A DNA stretch of 56,117 bases from the IMG/VR virus record IMGVR_UViG_3300042868_001938, positions 1 to 56,117 of that record, one strand, 5' to 3'. Shown here in pieces: positions 30,803 through 40,922 of this stretch. The stretch's first letter is position 1. Each line of letters starts with the position of its first letter. Source of the stretch: a virus. Lineage: Duplodnaviria; Caudoviricetes. A model generated the notes under the pieces. That model worked only from the letters and a program-made list of their open reading frames with translations, searched no databases and had not been told where the DNA came from. The translations under genes and the position numbers were made by a program.

Positions 30803-31252
30803 TTACTGAGCGGCTGCGGTATTAGTTTGACTACTGAAGAACACATTAAGAAATTGTGCTTGGTTGAAGGGTGTTATGGCTAATTCAACTTCAATTAAAA
30901 TCCCGTTTTCTTGTGGGTATGCTTTAACTGAGTTGAGAATCATTCTAGGATCTAAACTAGCAACCCTAGTGATTTCATTCTCTAATTGAAACTGTACATC
31001 CGCAGTGTTAGGTTCGAATACAAACGACCATAGGGTAGTACCATATGCTGGATTTCCTACTTTTTGCCCTTGAGGAATATTCAATGCATTAATAAAATCT
31101 TGAATGACTAATTGTGCATCAACCGATCTGTACTTTTTACCATATACGATTGGTTGCATAATGCCGCCGGCCCCGCCTGAACTACCACCTGCAAGGTTAG
31201 TTGACTGTGGTTTGTTAGCGTTAATCGTACTGAACCCAATATATGATGGCAT
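30803..31252 (-). CDS. gp25: Baseplate wedge subunit, T4 gp25-like
   Basis: LNIPQGQKVGNPAYGTTLWSFVFEP..DPR, typical gp25 signature. Confidence 0.85.
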   Translation of the reverse strand: MPSYIGFSTINANKPQSTNLAGGSSGGAGGIMQPIVYGKKYRSVDAQLVIQDFINALNIPQGQKVGNPAYGTTLWSFVFEPNTADVQFQLENEITRVASLDPRMILNSVKAYPQENGILIEVELAITPFNQAQFLNVFFSSQTNTAAAQ

Positions 31253-31270
31253 ATGTATCCTTTAATTTAT

Positions 31271-34200
31271 TTATGCTGTTGTAGCCAACGTTTGTAGCTC
31301 TTTTCTAATTGCAACTAGTTGTTCTTCTTTTGCATACAATGCATCTCTTGCAGTTTCAATACCCGGATCGCCTGCAGGCAAATCTTTCTTAGCGTTATAG
31401 TAAGCCTTCTTCAAATCAAATATTTCATCTTGTGCTTTTTCTAAATCTTTCTTAACCTTATCATATTTCTCATATGATTCTGTTTGTTTCTTTGTCAACT
31501 GCAAACTAGCGCTGGCTTGCCCGCCCGTGAAGTTAGGCATCGGAATTTTAGCATTACCCAATACACTAGTTAGCTGGGCGTTAAGTTCCCCTCTATCTAA
31601 TGTGTTTGACGCAACTGTTGGGAGTTTAATAGGCAACGATCCACCAGCTGATAATGAATTCATAGCCGCAGATAGCTGAGAGCCCAAGCCTGGCGGCAAG
31701 CCTGACAAAGCAAGTGATGATAGTGAAGTAGCTCCCTTTTTCAATGCATCTAGTCCACCACTAAGTGCGCCAGTCAACGACCCTGTTGCCGCAGTCAATG
31801 CCCCACCTAGGCTGCCGGCGGCTGTAGTTAACCCGCTGGTTATACCTGTTATTGAGGCTGCACCGCTAACTAAACTTGCCGCGGCTGATATACCGTTGGT
31901 CGCCGCTGTTGACACCGTGTTAATCAACCCGGTTATTGCTCCCGTACCCGGGACTGCATTTAGTATTCCCTTTGCATTATCAACGACTGATGCTACTGCA
32001 TTCTGTCCACCTGGGATAGCAGATAATCCACTACTTACACCTTGTAATGCAGTAGTAACCCCCTTAGTGACACCTGATATTGCTGAAGATACGCTGTTAG
32101 CAACACTTGATACTGTACTTCCCACTGCTCCTGCTACGGTAGACAATGCACCTGTCAATCCGGTAGCACTAGATAGTGCACCGGTAAGTCCTCCAGTAGC
32201 ACTACCTACGGCAGCGTTTACTGCGCTTCCTAGTGCATTAGTTGCAGTACCCAGTGCACCAGTAACAGTACCCAAAGCACCTGTAATTGACCCAGGTGCG
32301 CTAGTTACGGATGATACTATTCCTTCAGCTTTAGCTTTTAGTTCCTTTGCGTTTGCTTCTGCAATTGCAGTTAAGTTCTGTGGTATACCGGCTTTCAATG
32401 GTTTAAACGCACTGGTAACTGCGGCAAAAGCTGATCCTGCGACACCTTTAGCAGAATCTAGTAGTCCGCTTATTCCTGCGCCTGCAGTTTTTGCGGCGCT
32501 AGATAATGCGCCTGCAATAGCTCCTAATCCACCTGTTGTAGTAGCTAGTGCGGCAGCAAAATTACCAGTAGAGATTGCGCCTGCAACTGCGTTGGCTGCG
32601 CCGTTTACTGCATTAGTTGCACCAGAGAGTGCCCCGTTTAACGCACTTGTTGCCCCATTTACTGCCCCATTTACCACATTAGTAACTCCGGTGACGGCAG
32701 CAGTGGCAGATGAAGCAACATTCTTAACTACATCTACTGTAGCATTAACCCCTACTTGTGCTCCTGCCATAACCATACCAGCTACTGCTCCCGGAGCTTC
32801 TTTACCTGTCATCACGCCGGCTGAGGTAAGTGCTGTTTGTGATTTTTGAAATAGTTCAACTTGTGCTTGAACTTGCGCTCCTGTATTTTGAACTAATTTA
32901 GTTAATGTCTCTGCACCTGGCTTACCAGTGAATAAGTTGTTAGTCATTGCGGCTGTAACATTTGCACCACCTTGTACTAATGAGTTTACTAATGCGGCTG
33001 CACCTGGTTTAATAATACCTGCATCTTGTAATTGCTTAGGAGTCTGTGCTAAACTACCTACTGCGGCTACTGCACCTTGTGCGGTTTGAACAATACCTGC
33101 TCCTGCTGCCACAGCAGCCTTAGCAGGACCTTCTGCGGCAGATTTTGCTACAGCTCCTACCATTGCGGCTGTTGTGTTTTTGTCAATGGCTGCACTTATT
33201 GCTGCCACAGGAGGTACTGTAGCTGATGTAGCGGCTGTTATTGTTGCAGGCGCTGCACCCGCGACTGCGGCATTTGTTTTTGCAACTGCAGGTGAAGGTG
33301 GAGAAGGTAACTCTGAGCTTGCGTTTGTGCTAGTTTTGACATCCACGCCCTGTCCCCAATTGGCCCAAGGCGCATGAGCAGGAGCACGACTTACTATGCT
33401 TAATAATTTACCCGGTGCTGCGGCATATCCTTTAATCGCATCAAACAATGTATCAGTATGTGCTTGAATTGGAATAGGTGGAACAACTTTTGGTACAGTA
33501 CCGGTTGAGCCTGTATTCAAATTTACTTTGCTTCCATTGATATAAGTAAGGTTTTTACTTGCAAAGGATGCATCACTACCGGATTCAAAACTCATTTGCG
33601 CATCAACTTTGTGAGTTTCTTTTCCCTTAGTATATACGCTATAGTCTGTTCCTACTTTGTGGCTAGTTTCTTTTTCAGAGTTTATGTTTATAGACTCTGC
33701 TTGAATGTTTAATTGTTTAGTTGCGTTTATGTTTATATTGTTATCTGCATGTAGGTTCAAGTCACCTTGAGTTCTAATGTTAACTGAGTTAGTAGAGTAC
33801 ATGTCGATAGTACCTTCTTTGCCTAACTCAATCCAACTCTGACCATTACTGTGTATAATAAACAAACATTGACCATCATCACTCATTAATATTTGATGTC
33901 CTAAAGCAGTACGCAATCTGATTAATTGGTCTGATCCTGTAAGATCACCGTCATCCATTACAATTGAGTGGCCACCTCTACGGGCGATAACTTTTAAATC
34001 TTCTCCGGTTGAACCAGATGTTGCCGCGCTTGCTATAGACTCATCAGTGTACCCACCTTCATAGATAGGGCGACCGGGGGAACTGACTCCCCACCCTACA
34101 CGTGAAGGTGATTCTCGTTGTGCGCTGGTACTAATAGTCCCGCGAACTGGATCTCGTATCAAGCCTTGTTGACTCAAAATAGATGCTACATAACTATGAA

Positions 34201-34753
34201 CAGGTTTTGGTTCATTCAAAAAAGTAGGACTATCTGATATATCAGAGTTGTTAGAGTTCATGTTTGTTACCGGTAGTCTAGTTGCACCACCGTAACTGTT
34301 GGCTTCTCCTGCGTTAGTAATTACTTTGTCACTACTACCGATTGCAGGGACCATATACAATGCTTCTGCTTTAGGTACACATCCAATCCAAAATCCATAA
34401 TTAGGGTCACCGTTAACAAACAAACAAATAACAGTTGTTCCTATATCAGGTGGACTACTCCACATACCGTAAGAACTTGAATTAGAAGTAAACTCTCCGT
34501 AACCAGTATCGCCTCCTGATGGTTCAGTTCTTCCATAGAACGGAGTCATGTATGAAACAGTAGACCAACTATCAGAATCATCAGGGTCTTCACCGCCTAA
34601 GTCAGATATGTATACACGCAATCTACCTGATCGTGTAGGATCAATATTGTCCTTAACAATACCAAAAACAGGAACTTCACGTGTAACCGCATTACCTGCA
34701 TCTGGTTCACTTGCCTTTGTTCTGCCTCTTGGTTTAAAATAGTCTTCTGCCAT
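31271..34753 (-). CDS. gp5: Baseplate central spike, gp5/VgrG-like, with long Ala/Gly-rich extension and C-terminal coiled coil
   Basis: N-terminal OB-fold (GIVKDNIDPTRSGRLRV..PPDIGTTV), GHSIVMDD..IRLRT..GHQI, beta-helix repeats, HAPW; no lysozyme motif seen. Confidence 0.7.
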   Translation of the reverse strand: MAEDYFKPRGRTKASEPDAGNAVTREVPVFGIVKDNIDPTRSGRLRVYISDLGGEDPDDSDSWSTVSYMTPFYGRTEPSGGDTGYGEFTSNSSSYGMWSSPPDIGTTVICLFVNGDPNYGFWIGCVPKAEALYMVPAIGSSDKVITNAGEANSYGGATRLPVTNMNSNNSDISDSPTFLNEPKPVHSYVASILSQQGLIRDPVRGTISTSAQRESPSRVGWGVSSPGRPIYEGGYTDESIASAATSGSTGEDLKVIARRGGHSIVMDDGDLTGSDQLIRLRTALGHQILMSDDGQCLFIIHSNGQSWIELGKEGTIDMYSTNSVNIRTQGDLNLHADNNININATKQLNIQAESININSEKETSHKVGTDYSVYTKGKETHKVDAQMSFESGSDASFASKNLTYINGSKVNLNTGSTGTVPKVVPPIPIQAHTDTLFDAIKGYAAAPGKLLSIVSRAPAHAPWANWGQGVDVKTSTNASSELPSPPSPAVAKTNAAVAGAAPATITAATSATVPPVAAISAAIDKNTTAAMVGAVAKSAAEGPAKAAVAAGAGIVQTAQGAVAAVGSLAQTPKQLQDAGIIKPGAAALVNSLVQGGANVTAAMTNNLFTGKPGAETLTKLVQNTGAQVQAQVELFQKSQTALTSAGVMTGKEAPGAVAGMVMAGAQVGVNATVDVVKNVASSATAAVTGVTNVVNGAVNGATSALNGALSGATNAVNGAANAVAGAISTGNFAAALATTTGGLGAIAGALSSAAKTAGAGISGLLDSAKGVAGSAFAAVTSAFKPLKAGIPQNLTAIAEANAKELKAKAEGIVSSVTSAPGSITGALGTVTGALGTATNALGSAVNAAVGSATGGLTGALSSATGLTGALSTVAGAVGSTVSSVANSVSSAISGVTKGVTTALQGVSSGLSAIPGGQNAVASVVDNAKGILNAVPGTGAITGLINTVSTAATNGISAAASLVSGAASITGITSGLTTAAGSLGGALTAATGSLTGALSGGLDALKKGATSLSSLALSGLPPGLGSQLSAAMNSLSAGGSLPIKLPTVASNTLDRGELNAQLTSVLGNAKIPMPNFTGGQASASLQLTKKQTESYEKYDKVKKDLEKAQDEIFDLKKAYYNAKKDLPAGDPGIETARDALYAKEEQLVAIRKELQTLATTA

Positions 34754-34778
34754 GTTCTCTTACCTTACTCGGTTGTTA

Positions 34779-37700
34779 TTATCCACCAGTAGCGTCATCA
34801 TCTACTACTGCTTTGTTGACTGGTACTGAATTAGTACCACTGCCAACTGCATTCTTTTTATTATTATATTCTGTTCTTGCCGCTTCGTTCTCTGCTAATT
34901 GTTTCTTAACATCATCTACAAGCGGAGTAATAACAGTATCGTAACTAGCTTTCAAACTAGTTAATGCAGACAAATCTTGTGGGTTTGCTCTTTCTATTTG
35001 AGCATCCCATTGCGCAGGGCCCCAACCGTTTACGTTTGTTAATTCTAGCCCGCTAGGTAAAAATACAGACACAAAAATACTAGTACCTGATTGATACGCT
35101 TTAATACGTGCTCCTGCAAAAGTTGTTCTTGCAGTTGGTGTTGGATTAGGTAGAACGAACGGGGCTGGTGCAGGTGGAGCAGGTGGAGCGGTATTAGATG
35201 TTCCGCCGGTAGGGCTAGTAACTTCAGACGTTGTAGCCGCAGTTGGGGTTAGTGGTTCAGGATTTGTTGTACCACTGCTACCATTAACTTGCGCATCTGT
35301 TGTAGCGGGGCTTGGTGTCAACCCGGTACCCTCATTAGTTGATCCTGAAGAATTAGTAGCTGATCCTGAATCAACTGCTCTTGCTGAAGCTTGTGTGGCT
35401 GGTTTTGCTGGTTCTCTTCCCCCGGCTTTGTCCGCCGGTGCATCGTCAGTAGTCCCGCCAAATGTGTTTATATTGCAATTTATATCCTGAGTGAACTTAC
35501 CACCTTTAAATATGCTCGTAACTTTGATAACCAAATAACTCACACCGCCTCCTCTAGAAGCTATGTCTTTTAGAATAGCACTAGGATACTTCCAGAATAA
35601 TATTGATTCATTAATGCTTAACAACCCGGTTGAGTTTTTATAGTCTTGTGCTTCTTTGAAATTAATTTCAATAAAAACTTGGCCACCGTTTGCATTAATA
35701 GTGTATCCGTCAGTACCGTAGAATTGATTGTATACATCGTTGATGCTACCCGGAGATTCTTGAACTAAAAAGTCAGGATCTCCTAATATTGTAATTTTAG
35801 CTTCTGCATATGAGCCGGGATCAAACAAACTAGTCATGTATGAGTTCTGTGCTTCCATACCCACATCTGGTTTACCAAGCCTTGATTCATTTTGTCTTTT
35901 ACTCGCAACAGTAGATACATCAGTTGCTCCACCTTGACTAGTGCCATCACCAGTTGGTGCGATAGCTACGTTGAAGTATGCATTGTTTAATGTTTGCTCA
36001 TAGTTGATGATTTCAGAATTTTTTCCAGTGTACCAGTATTCATAACGTTTATGCGGGCCGTAATACTTTGCAGCCGCATTAGTGTACGCACTCATGACTA
36101 CTGGTGTATCATATGGTTGAATAACATAAGTAATTTCAAACGCAAAGTCGCCTACTTTATTATCCCAACCCAAACACTTTACTTCAGAACTGAGATTATA
36201 CCAACGAATCGTTTTGTTAGTATCTGGCTTTTGTTCGTCATCAGAATCTGTGCCTGAGTCCGGTTGTAAACTATCAGTATACACGACTTTCATTGCGTCT
36301 TCCAAGTATGAACTCTGCGCAACAATTTGTGTTATTGCTTGTAGTATTGGGGTGTCACTTGGGAACACAATTTGACGTTTTGTACTGTCGGGTTTTGCGG
36401 CAGTGGATGTACTATCATTTACACCTGTACTATTTTTAATATTACTCATTCGCCACTTAGACTTGTCTAAGTCGGCTTTACTTACGATAGTTGCAGTCTC
36501 TAATTCTTTAAAACCAAGTTCTTCTTTATTACCAATGAATCTAACTTTGTATACGTTAGGTATCTCAATTGATTTGTTTTTCAAAGAATCTTGTTGCGTC
36601 TTGTTAAGCTTTGTTAATAACCCTTCAACCCCTTCACCTTCACCATCAATAGCTTCTCTAACAGTATTAGCTACAATAGTTGCGCCCCTGTCAATCCTAC
36701 CACGTTTAATACCCATAGCCGTAGTTGGTGGCAATGATGCCGCAGTTATGTTGTATGTTGTTGCTCTGCCATCAATTTTAAATTTGATGCCAGTAAGCAT
36801 AATATCATAGAATGTTTGAAATACTCCGCCGTTCTTAGTTGCGTTAGGATCTAACACATCACCTGTACTACTAAACGTTTCAGTGCCGTTAATAACTTTA
36901 CCGTTTTTATCATACCCTTGAAATCTAACACCTAATATAAAAAACTGTTTTGAAGGATTTTGTAGCCCCTCAAAGTTTTTAGTCTTGCTTTTTTTCTGCA
37001 ATTCTTCGGCTGCAAATTTTAATTTTGAGATGAATGAAAAACCATATGGTTCATAAATGTTGAAGCTCATTTCACTTACGTTAGATGAAGTCTGCGTTTC
37101 TTTACCATTTGTGTTTGACACTATTTTCAAATCATCAATGTAGTAGTCTAACTCAAATCCAGGAGCACGTTTACTAGATTTGTTATTAATACCACCACTC
37201 TGAGCAATGATGTACGCACCACCTGAACTGCCGGCGGCGTTTGCACCAGTTAACACATCAATCGTTTTTCTACCTGATTGAATGAACGCATCATACGCAT
37301 CGGGTGTAATCATATATAAAGTCAATTGATAAGTGTAACTAGAGAATTCACCTAAAGGATTTTGTAATCTTCTCCCGGGCTTGGGGGCGTTTTTCTTGGC
37401 AGCAGGTGTGCTAGATTTTCCAGCGGTAGTGGTTCCGCTATTAGATCCTGATCCATTATTAGAAGCAGTAGTTCCTGTACCGTTCGTAGATGATTGATTG
37501 CTACCAGAATCGTCATCTGCTGACCCTGATTTAGCATATTCTTTATTCTGTTGGTCTGTGTTTGTGCTGCCGGGTGCTCCTGGATCTGCGGGTGCAGGAT
37601 CAGTATCCTTTTCAGGATTCTTTGCGGTGGCAACTGCTTCTTCTGCTTGCTTCTTTATAGCTTTGTATTCTACTGCTATACCTACAGTGGCTTTCCATGC

Positions 37701-37991
37701 ATCTTGAACTGCGGTAACCGCCGGGCGCATTGCTATTCTATCTTCAGAAGAGGCAGCATTGAACGCATTAACCACTGCATTATTATTCAAAGTACCTTGA
37801 GGGTTTACTGAAGTTTGAACACCTTTGTATTCTTCAGTCATAGCCGCAAGTTTAGCTTCAGCATCAGGATCATTAGGATTGTCTAAAATCGCCTGTGCTC
37901 TTGCTTTAAAATTTTCAATGGTAGGTGTTACTTCATTTATTAATTCTTGATAAGCATCAATGGCTACTTGGATATCTGCTTGTGTTGTCAT
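34779..37991 (-). CDS. Baseplate hub/tail protein (gp27-like position) with low-complexity flanks
   Basis: NPLGEFSSYTYQLTL, IYEPYGFSF, YWYTGKN, ITILGDP motifs; between gp53-like and gp5-like genes. Confidence 0.55.
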   Translation of the reverse strand: MTTQADIQVAIDAYQELINEVTPTIENFKARAQAILDNPNDPDAEAKLAAMTEEYKGVQTSVNPQGTLNNNAVVNAFNAASSEDRIAMRPAVTAVQDAWKATVGIAVEYKAIKKQAEEAVATAKNPEKDTDPAPADPGAPGSTNTDQQNKEYAKSGSADDDSGSNQSSTNGTGTTASNNGSGSNSGTTTAGKSSTPAAKKNAPKPGRRLQNPLGEFSSYTYQLTLYMITPDAYDAFIQSGRKTIDVLTGANAAGSSGGAYIIAQSGGINNKSSKRAPGFELDYYIDDLKIVSNTNGKETQTSSNVSEMSFNIYEPYGFSFISKLKFAAEELQKKSKTKNFEGLQNPSKQFFILGVRFQGYDKNGKVINGTETFSSTGDVLDPNATKNGGVFQTFYDIMLTGIKFKIDGRATTYNITAASLPPTTAMGIKRGRIDRGATIVANTVREAIDGEGEGVEGLLTKLNKTQQDSLKNKSIEIPNVYKVRFIGNKEELGFKELETATIVSKADLDKSKWRMSNIKNSTGVNDSTSTAAKPDSTKRQIVFPSDTPILQAITQIVAQSSYLEDAMKVVYTDSLQPDSGTDSDDEQKPDTNKTIRWYNLSSEVKCLGWDNKVGDFAFEITYVIQPYDTPVVMSAYTNAAAKYYGPHKRYEYWYTGKNSEIINYEQTLNNAYFNVAIAPTGDGTSQGGATDVSTVASKRQNESRLGKPDVGMEAQNSYMTSLFDPGSYAEAKITILGDPDFLVQESPGSINDVYNQFYGTDGYTINANGGQVFIEINFKEAQDYKNSTGLLSINESILFWKYPSAILKDIASRGGGVSYLVIKVTSIFKGGKFTQDINCNINTFGGTTDDAPADKAGGREPAKPATQASARAVDSGSATNSSGSTNEGTGLTPSPATTDAQVNGSSGTTNPEPLTPTAATTSEVTSPTGGTSNTAPPAPPAPAPFVLPNPTPTARTTFAGARIKAYQSGTSIFVSVFLPSGLELTNVNGWGPAQWDAQIERANPQDLSALTSLKASYDTVITPLVDDVKKQLAENEAARTEYNNKKNAVGSGTNSVPVNKAVVDDDATGG

Positions 37992-38303
37992 TTATAAACC
38001 TAAAACTTGATTTAAAGTTTCTGCTTTGGGAATATAAATCCCCAAGCCTGTAACAAAGTCAAAGTAAGGATCTTTCAATCTATTTGGATTTCTCGCAGTG
38101 AATACCCACCATAACTTAGAATTGCCATATAAGTCATATGCTAGTAAGTCGGGTCTGTATTCATATACTGGTGTTACTTCATAATATATGTCAGATGGTA
38201 ACATAGGTATAGGACGATAGATCATTATATCTAAGAACTTTCCTGAAACAACATCCGTGTTGTAATACGGGCTTGTTGCTGGGTATAAACTGTTATTTGC
38301 CAT
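37992..38303 (-). CDS. gp53: Baseplate wedge protein, gp53/LysM-like
   Basis: YEYRPDLLAYDLYGNSKLWWVF..N; ATG at 38303 overlaps upstream TAA (TAATG). Confidence 0.75.
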   Translation of the reverse strand: MANNSLYPATSPYYNTDVVSGKFLDIMIYRPIPMLPSDIYYEVTPVYEYRPDLLAYDLYGNSKLWWVFTARNPNRLKDPYFDFVTGLGIYIPKAETLNQVLGL

Positions 38304-40795
38304 TACCAAATTCCTCCGCCTTGGTGTTTAGTTCCTCGCAACAGTTGACCTGTTGCATATTTTTCAAGACTGAAATTATTACTAATATCATTACGTGTTA
38401 CTACCGGTACTGCCCCGATAGTCATTTGAATCTTTGTAGGTACATAGGTTGGATCTACTGTACCCGGTGGGGTAGAGAATATCGGAGCGGGTGCCTGTCC
38501 CCCGGGTCTCAAAGTCCCCAATCTTGTATTAGATGAATTAGGAGAGTTATTTACTACATTAGACGCCGCCCTGTTTACACCTGCCCCAGCCGTTACTGCC
38601 CCTGCACGTATATAGTCCACATCAGACGGTAAGCTATAATTAAAACTAGTGATTGCTAATGGATGGGCGTCGAACTGAAATGCTCCCAATCCTGATAGAT
38701 AACATAGCGGCGGAGGTGTTCCTGGTTTTGGATTTTGATCCTGTCCATAGAACATCTTAGTGACGCTTTTAAAGAAATGTATAACTGCTAATAAGTAATT
38801 TGCTTCATAGGTATCTTGTGCAGTAAAGTCACACGTAATAGAAACTGAATCCACTCCGCTGTTTCTATATTGATATATCTTATAGTTGCTATGTGTTAGA
38901 TCGGTTGGGTCGTAGTTAGCTACGTAGTTAACTTGAATTTGAGGGGTATACGGGAATATGACTCCGTCTGTCGCCTGAAGTGGTTCTAATATTCCTGCTG
39001 AACCTTTGGGAACTTTATACAAGTAATTTGCACTTGGTGCTAAACTTAAACGTACACGCCAGTCTTCCTTTTGTTTAAAGTTAGAAACGTCTTGCTGTGT
39101 TGCTTGAGAATTAGTGTTTAATTGCTTTGCTGTTAACCCTTGTGCGGCTGCCCTAGATGCATCTGCACTTGCTTGTGTTGCTGGCTCTACAAATATAGTT
39201 CCATCAGCATTATTACCAACCCATACAGGATTGTTATCTTCATCCAATGACCATCCGGGCATGAGATTACCTTCATCATCATACGGAGGACCTTGAATAC
39301 TACCTACTGGAATAGTTTTTTGGTCACTGATATTTTCACCAGTTGCATCTATGTAACCTTCACCAACCCATACCGGGTTGTTGTCCTCGTCTAGACCCCA
39401 ACCAGGATTCAAGTTACCAAGTTCATCGTACGGGTCACTAGTAGGGCCGTTTGGTACAGTTTTTTGGTCACTAATATTTTCACCAGTTGCATCTATGTAA
39501 CCTTCACCAACCCATACCGGGTTGTTGTCCTCGTCTAGACCCCAACCAGGATTTAGTTGTCCAGTTTCATCATATGGATCAGATGTGGGACCATTAGGTA
39601 CTAGTTCTGGTGCAATCTTTGGTACCATGTCAGTGCCAACATAATATGGGTTACCTAATTCATCTTGTTCCCAGCCCGGGTTCAAATTACCCAATTCATC
39701 ATACGGGATACTACCACCTCCGCTGGGTACTAGTTCCGGATTTATTTTTTCAACTGGAGTTCCTAAATCTACAGTAGTACCATCGGCAGCAGTATACGTA
39801 GTTCCAGCACCGTTAGGATCGTTAGTTACTTGATAAGTTACTCCGTCAATAGTTTCAGTAGTTACATTATATCCAGATACTTCTCCATTGATAGTAGTTG
39901 ATTGTGATACATTTGCTGTTTTAATATTCGTTACAGTAACTTCAGTTGTGTTTTGATTTGGTGTTGTTGTTACCGTTGGTGGTACGTTAATTTCGGCAGC
40001 ATATGATTGTTTTCTTAATTCAGCAGATTTATTAAAAGCTTGTTCTCGGGCAGCTTGGCGTTCATCATCAGTTAAATTCTTAACACGATTATATTCTTCC
40101 TGTGTAATTTCTCCGGAATTAAGTTTCCTGTCAAGTGCTCGCTGGCCAAACGGAGTATCTGGATTAAGAGATAGTAAGTCACGCTCTTTTGCATATATAT
40201 TTGATTGGGCTAGTAATTCTTTACTTCTTTCAGTTTGAATTGGTGGGATAGAAACAGTCGTTACTGATCCTCCACCTGTTGTATTTTCTACAGTAGTAGT
40301 CTGTGACCTACTGACAGTAGAAGTAGTGACTGAAGACGCCGAGAATCCATTCGCCGCACTGGGTGATGGAGAGGTCACTGGTGTCACTGTTGCGGGGACA
40401 TATTGGTATGATGTAGGATTTCCTGGACTAGCTGAAGCAGGCGGCGGTGTTGTTTCTGATAATGGACTACTTGCATTTTCAGCGGCTTTTGCGGCCGCTG
40501 ATTCGGCTGCCGCATTTGCATTGTTTGATTGCTGTCTAACCTGACTAGCGTTTGCAGTAGAAGTCACTACCAAATTTTGTGCGGTTAGTAATTGCTGGTT
40601 TGCAGCGGCAAGAGCCTGAGCGTTGCCTTGGGCCTTTGCTGATTCTATTGCAAGATTTGCTTTGTAAACATTAGCTTTTGCATCCAGTACACTTTGTTCT
40701 GCGGCAAAAGCTGCCAAATCAGCTTTGTAGGCCGCATCTTCTGCCGCAGCCGCGGCAGCTTTCCATTGGTTTGACGTTGATGATCCGGTTGCCAT
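38303..40795 (-). CDS. Tail-tube initiator/baseplate protein (gp48/gp54-like C-terminal domain) with long N-terminal extension and 48-aa repeats
   Basis: C-terminal GVIFPYTPQI..HSNY..FTAQ..PGTPPP..LSG.G..P..ITSF; Ala-rich N-terminus. Confidence 0.55.
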   Translation of the reverse strand: MATGSSTSNQWKAAAAAAEDAAYKADLAAFAAEQSVLDAKANVYKANLAIESAKAQGNAQALAAANQQLLTAQNLVVTSTANASQVRQQSNNANAAAESAAAKAAENASSPLSETTPPPASASPGNPTSYQYVPATVTPVTSPSPSAANGFSASSVTTSTVSRSQTTTVENTTGGGSVTTVSIPPIQTERSKELLAQSNIYAKERDLLSLNPDTPFGQRALDRKLNSGEITQEEYNRVKNLTDDERQAAREQAFNKSAELRKQSYAAEINVPPTVTTTPNQNTTEVTVTNIKTANVSQSTTINGEVSGYNVTTETIDGVTYQVTNDPNGAGTTYTAADGTTVDLGTPVEKINPELVPSGGGSIPYDELGNLNPGWEQDELGNPYYVGTDMVPKIAPELVPNGPTSDPYDETGQLNPGWGLDEDNNPVWVGEGYIDATGENISDQKTVPNGPTSDPYDELGNLNPGWGLDEDNNPVWVGEGYIDATGENISDQKTIPVGSIQGPPYDDEGNLMPGWSLDEDNNPVWVGNNADGTIFVEPATQASADASRAAAQGLTAKQLNTNSQATQQDVSNFKQKEDWRVRLSLAPSANYLYKVPKGSAGILEPLQATDGVIFPYTPQIQVNYVANYDPTDLTHSNYKIYQYRNSGVDSVSITCDFTAQDTYEANYLLAVIHFFKSVTKMFYGQDQNPKPGTPPPLCYLSGLGAFQFDAHPLAITSFNYSLPSDVDYIRAGAVTAGAGVNRAASNVVNNSPNSSNTRLGTLRPGGQAPAPIFSTPPGTVDPTYVPTKIQMTIGAVPVVTRNDISNNFSLEKYATGQLLRGTKHQGGGIW
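39215..39731 (-). repeat. Four in-frame acidic repeats (PYD..G.L.PGW..DE..NP), period 144 nt for the central pair
   Basis: 39314-39409 equals 39458-39553 with one mismatch. Confidence 0.9.
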
Positions 40796-40817
40796 AATAT
40801 GTTGTTATCCTTACTTA

Positions 40818-40833
40818 TATTTAGCACTAAATA
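40818..40833. promoter_or_regulatory. Back-to-back late promoters TATTTAG-ca-CTAAATA
   Basis: Perfect 7-bp inverted repeat between divergent genes. Confidence 0.6.
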
Positions 40834-40868
40834 AAAGTGCTGTTTTTACCCTTTCAATCGTCAAATCG

Positions 40869-40897
40869 TTGCATTTCTGCAACAATCATGCTATACT
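40869..40897 (+). promoter_or_regulatory. Sigma70-type promoter for the gp55-like gene
   Basis: TTGCAT (40869-74), 17 nt, TATACT (40892-97) with extended TG; GGAG RBS downstream. Confidence 0.75.
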
Positions 40898-40922
40898 TAA
40901 TACAACATAACAACGGAGAAAT

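Noticed and set aside
31896-32849. 317-aa plus-strand ORF
   Set aside because: Antisense shadow of the Ala/Gly-rich gp5-like region
39314-39553. Direct repeats as CRISPR array or DGR template/variable repeat
   Set aside because: In-frame coding repeats without spacers; single non-diagnostic mismatch; no reverse transcriptase or cas gene in the window
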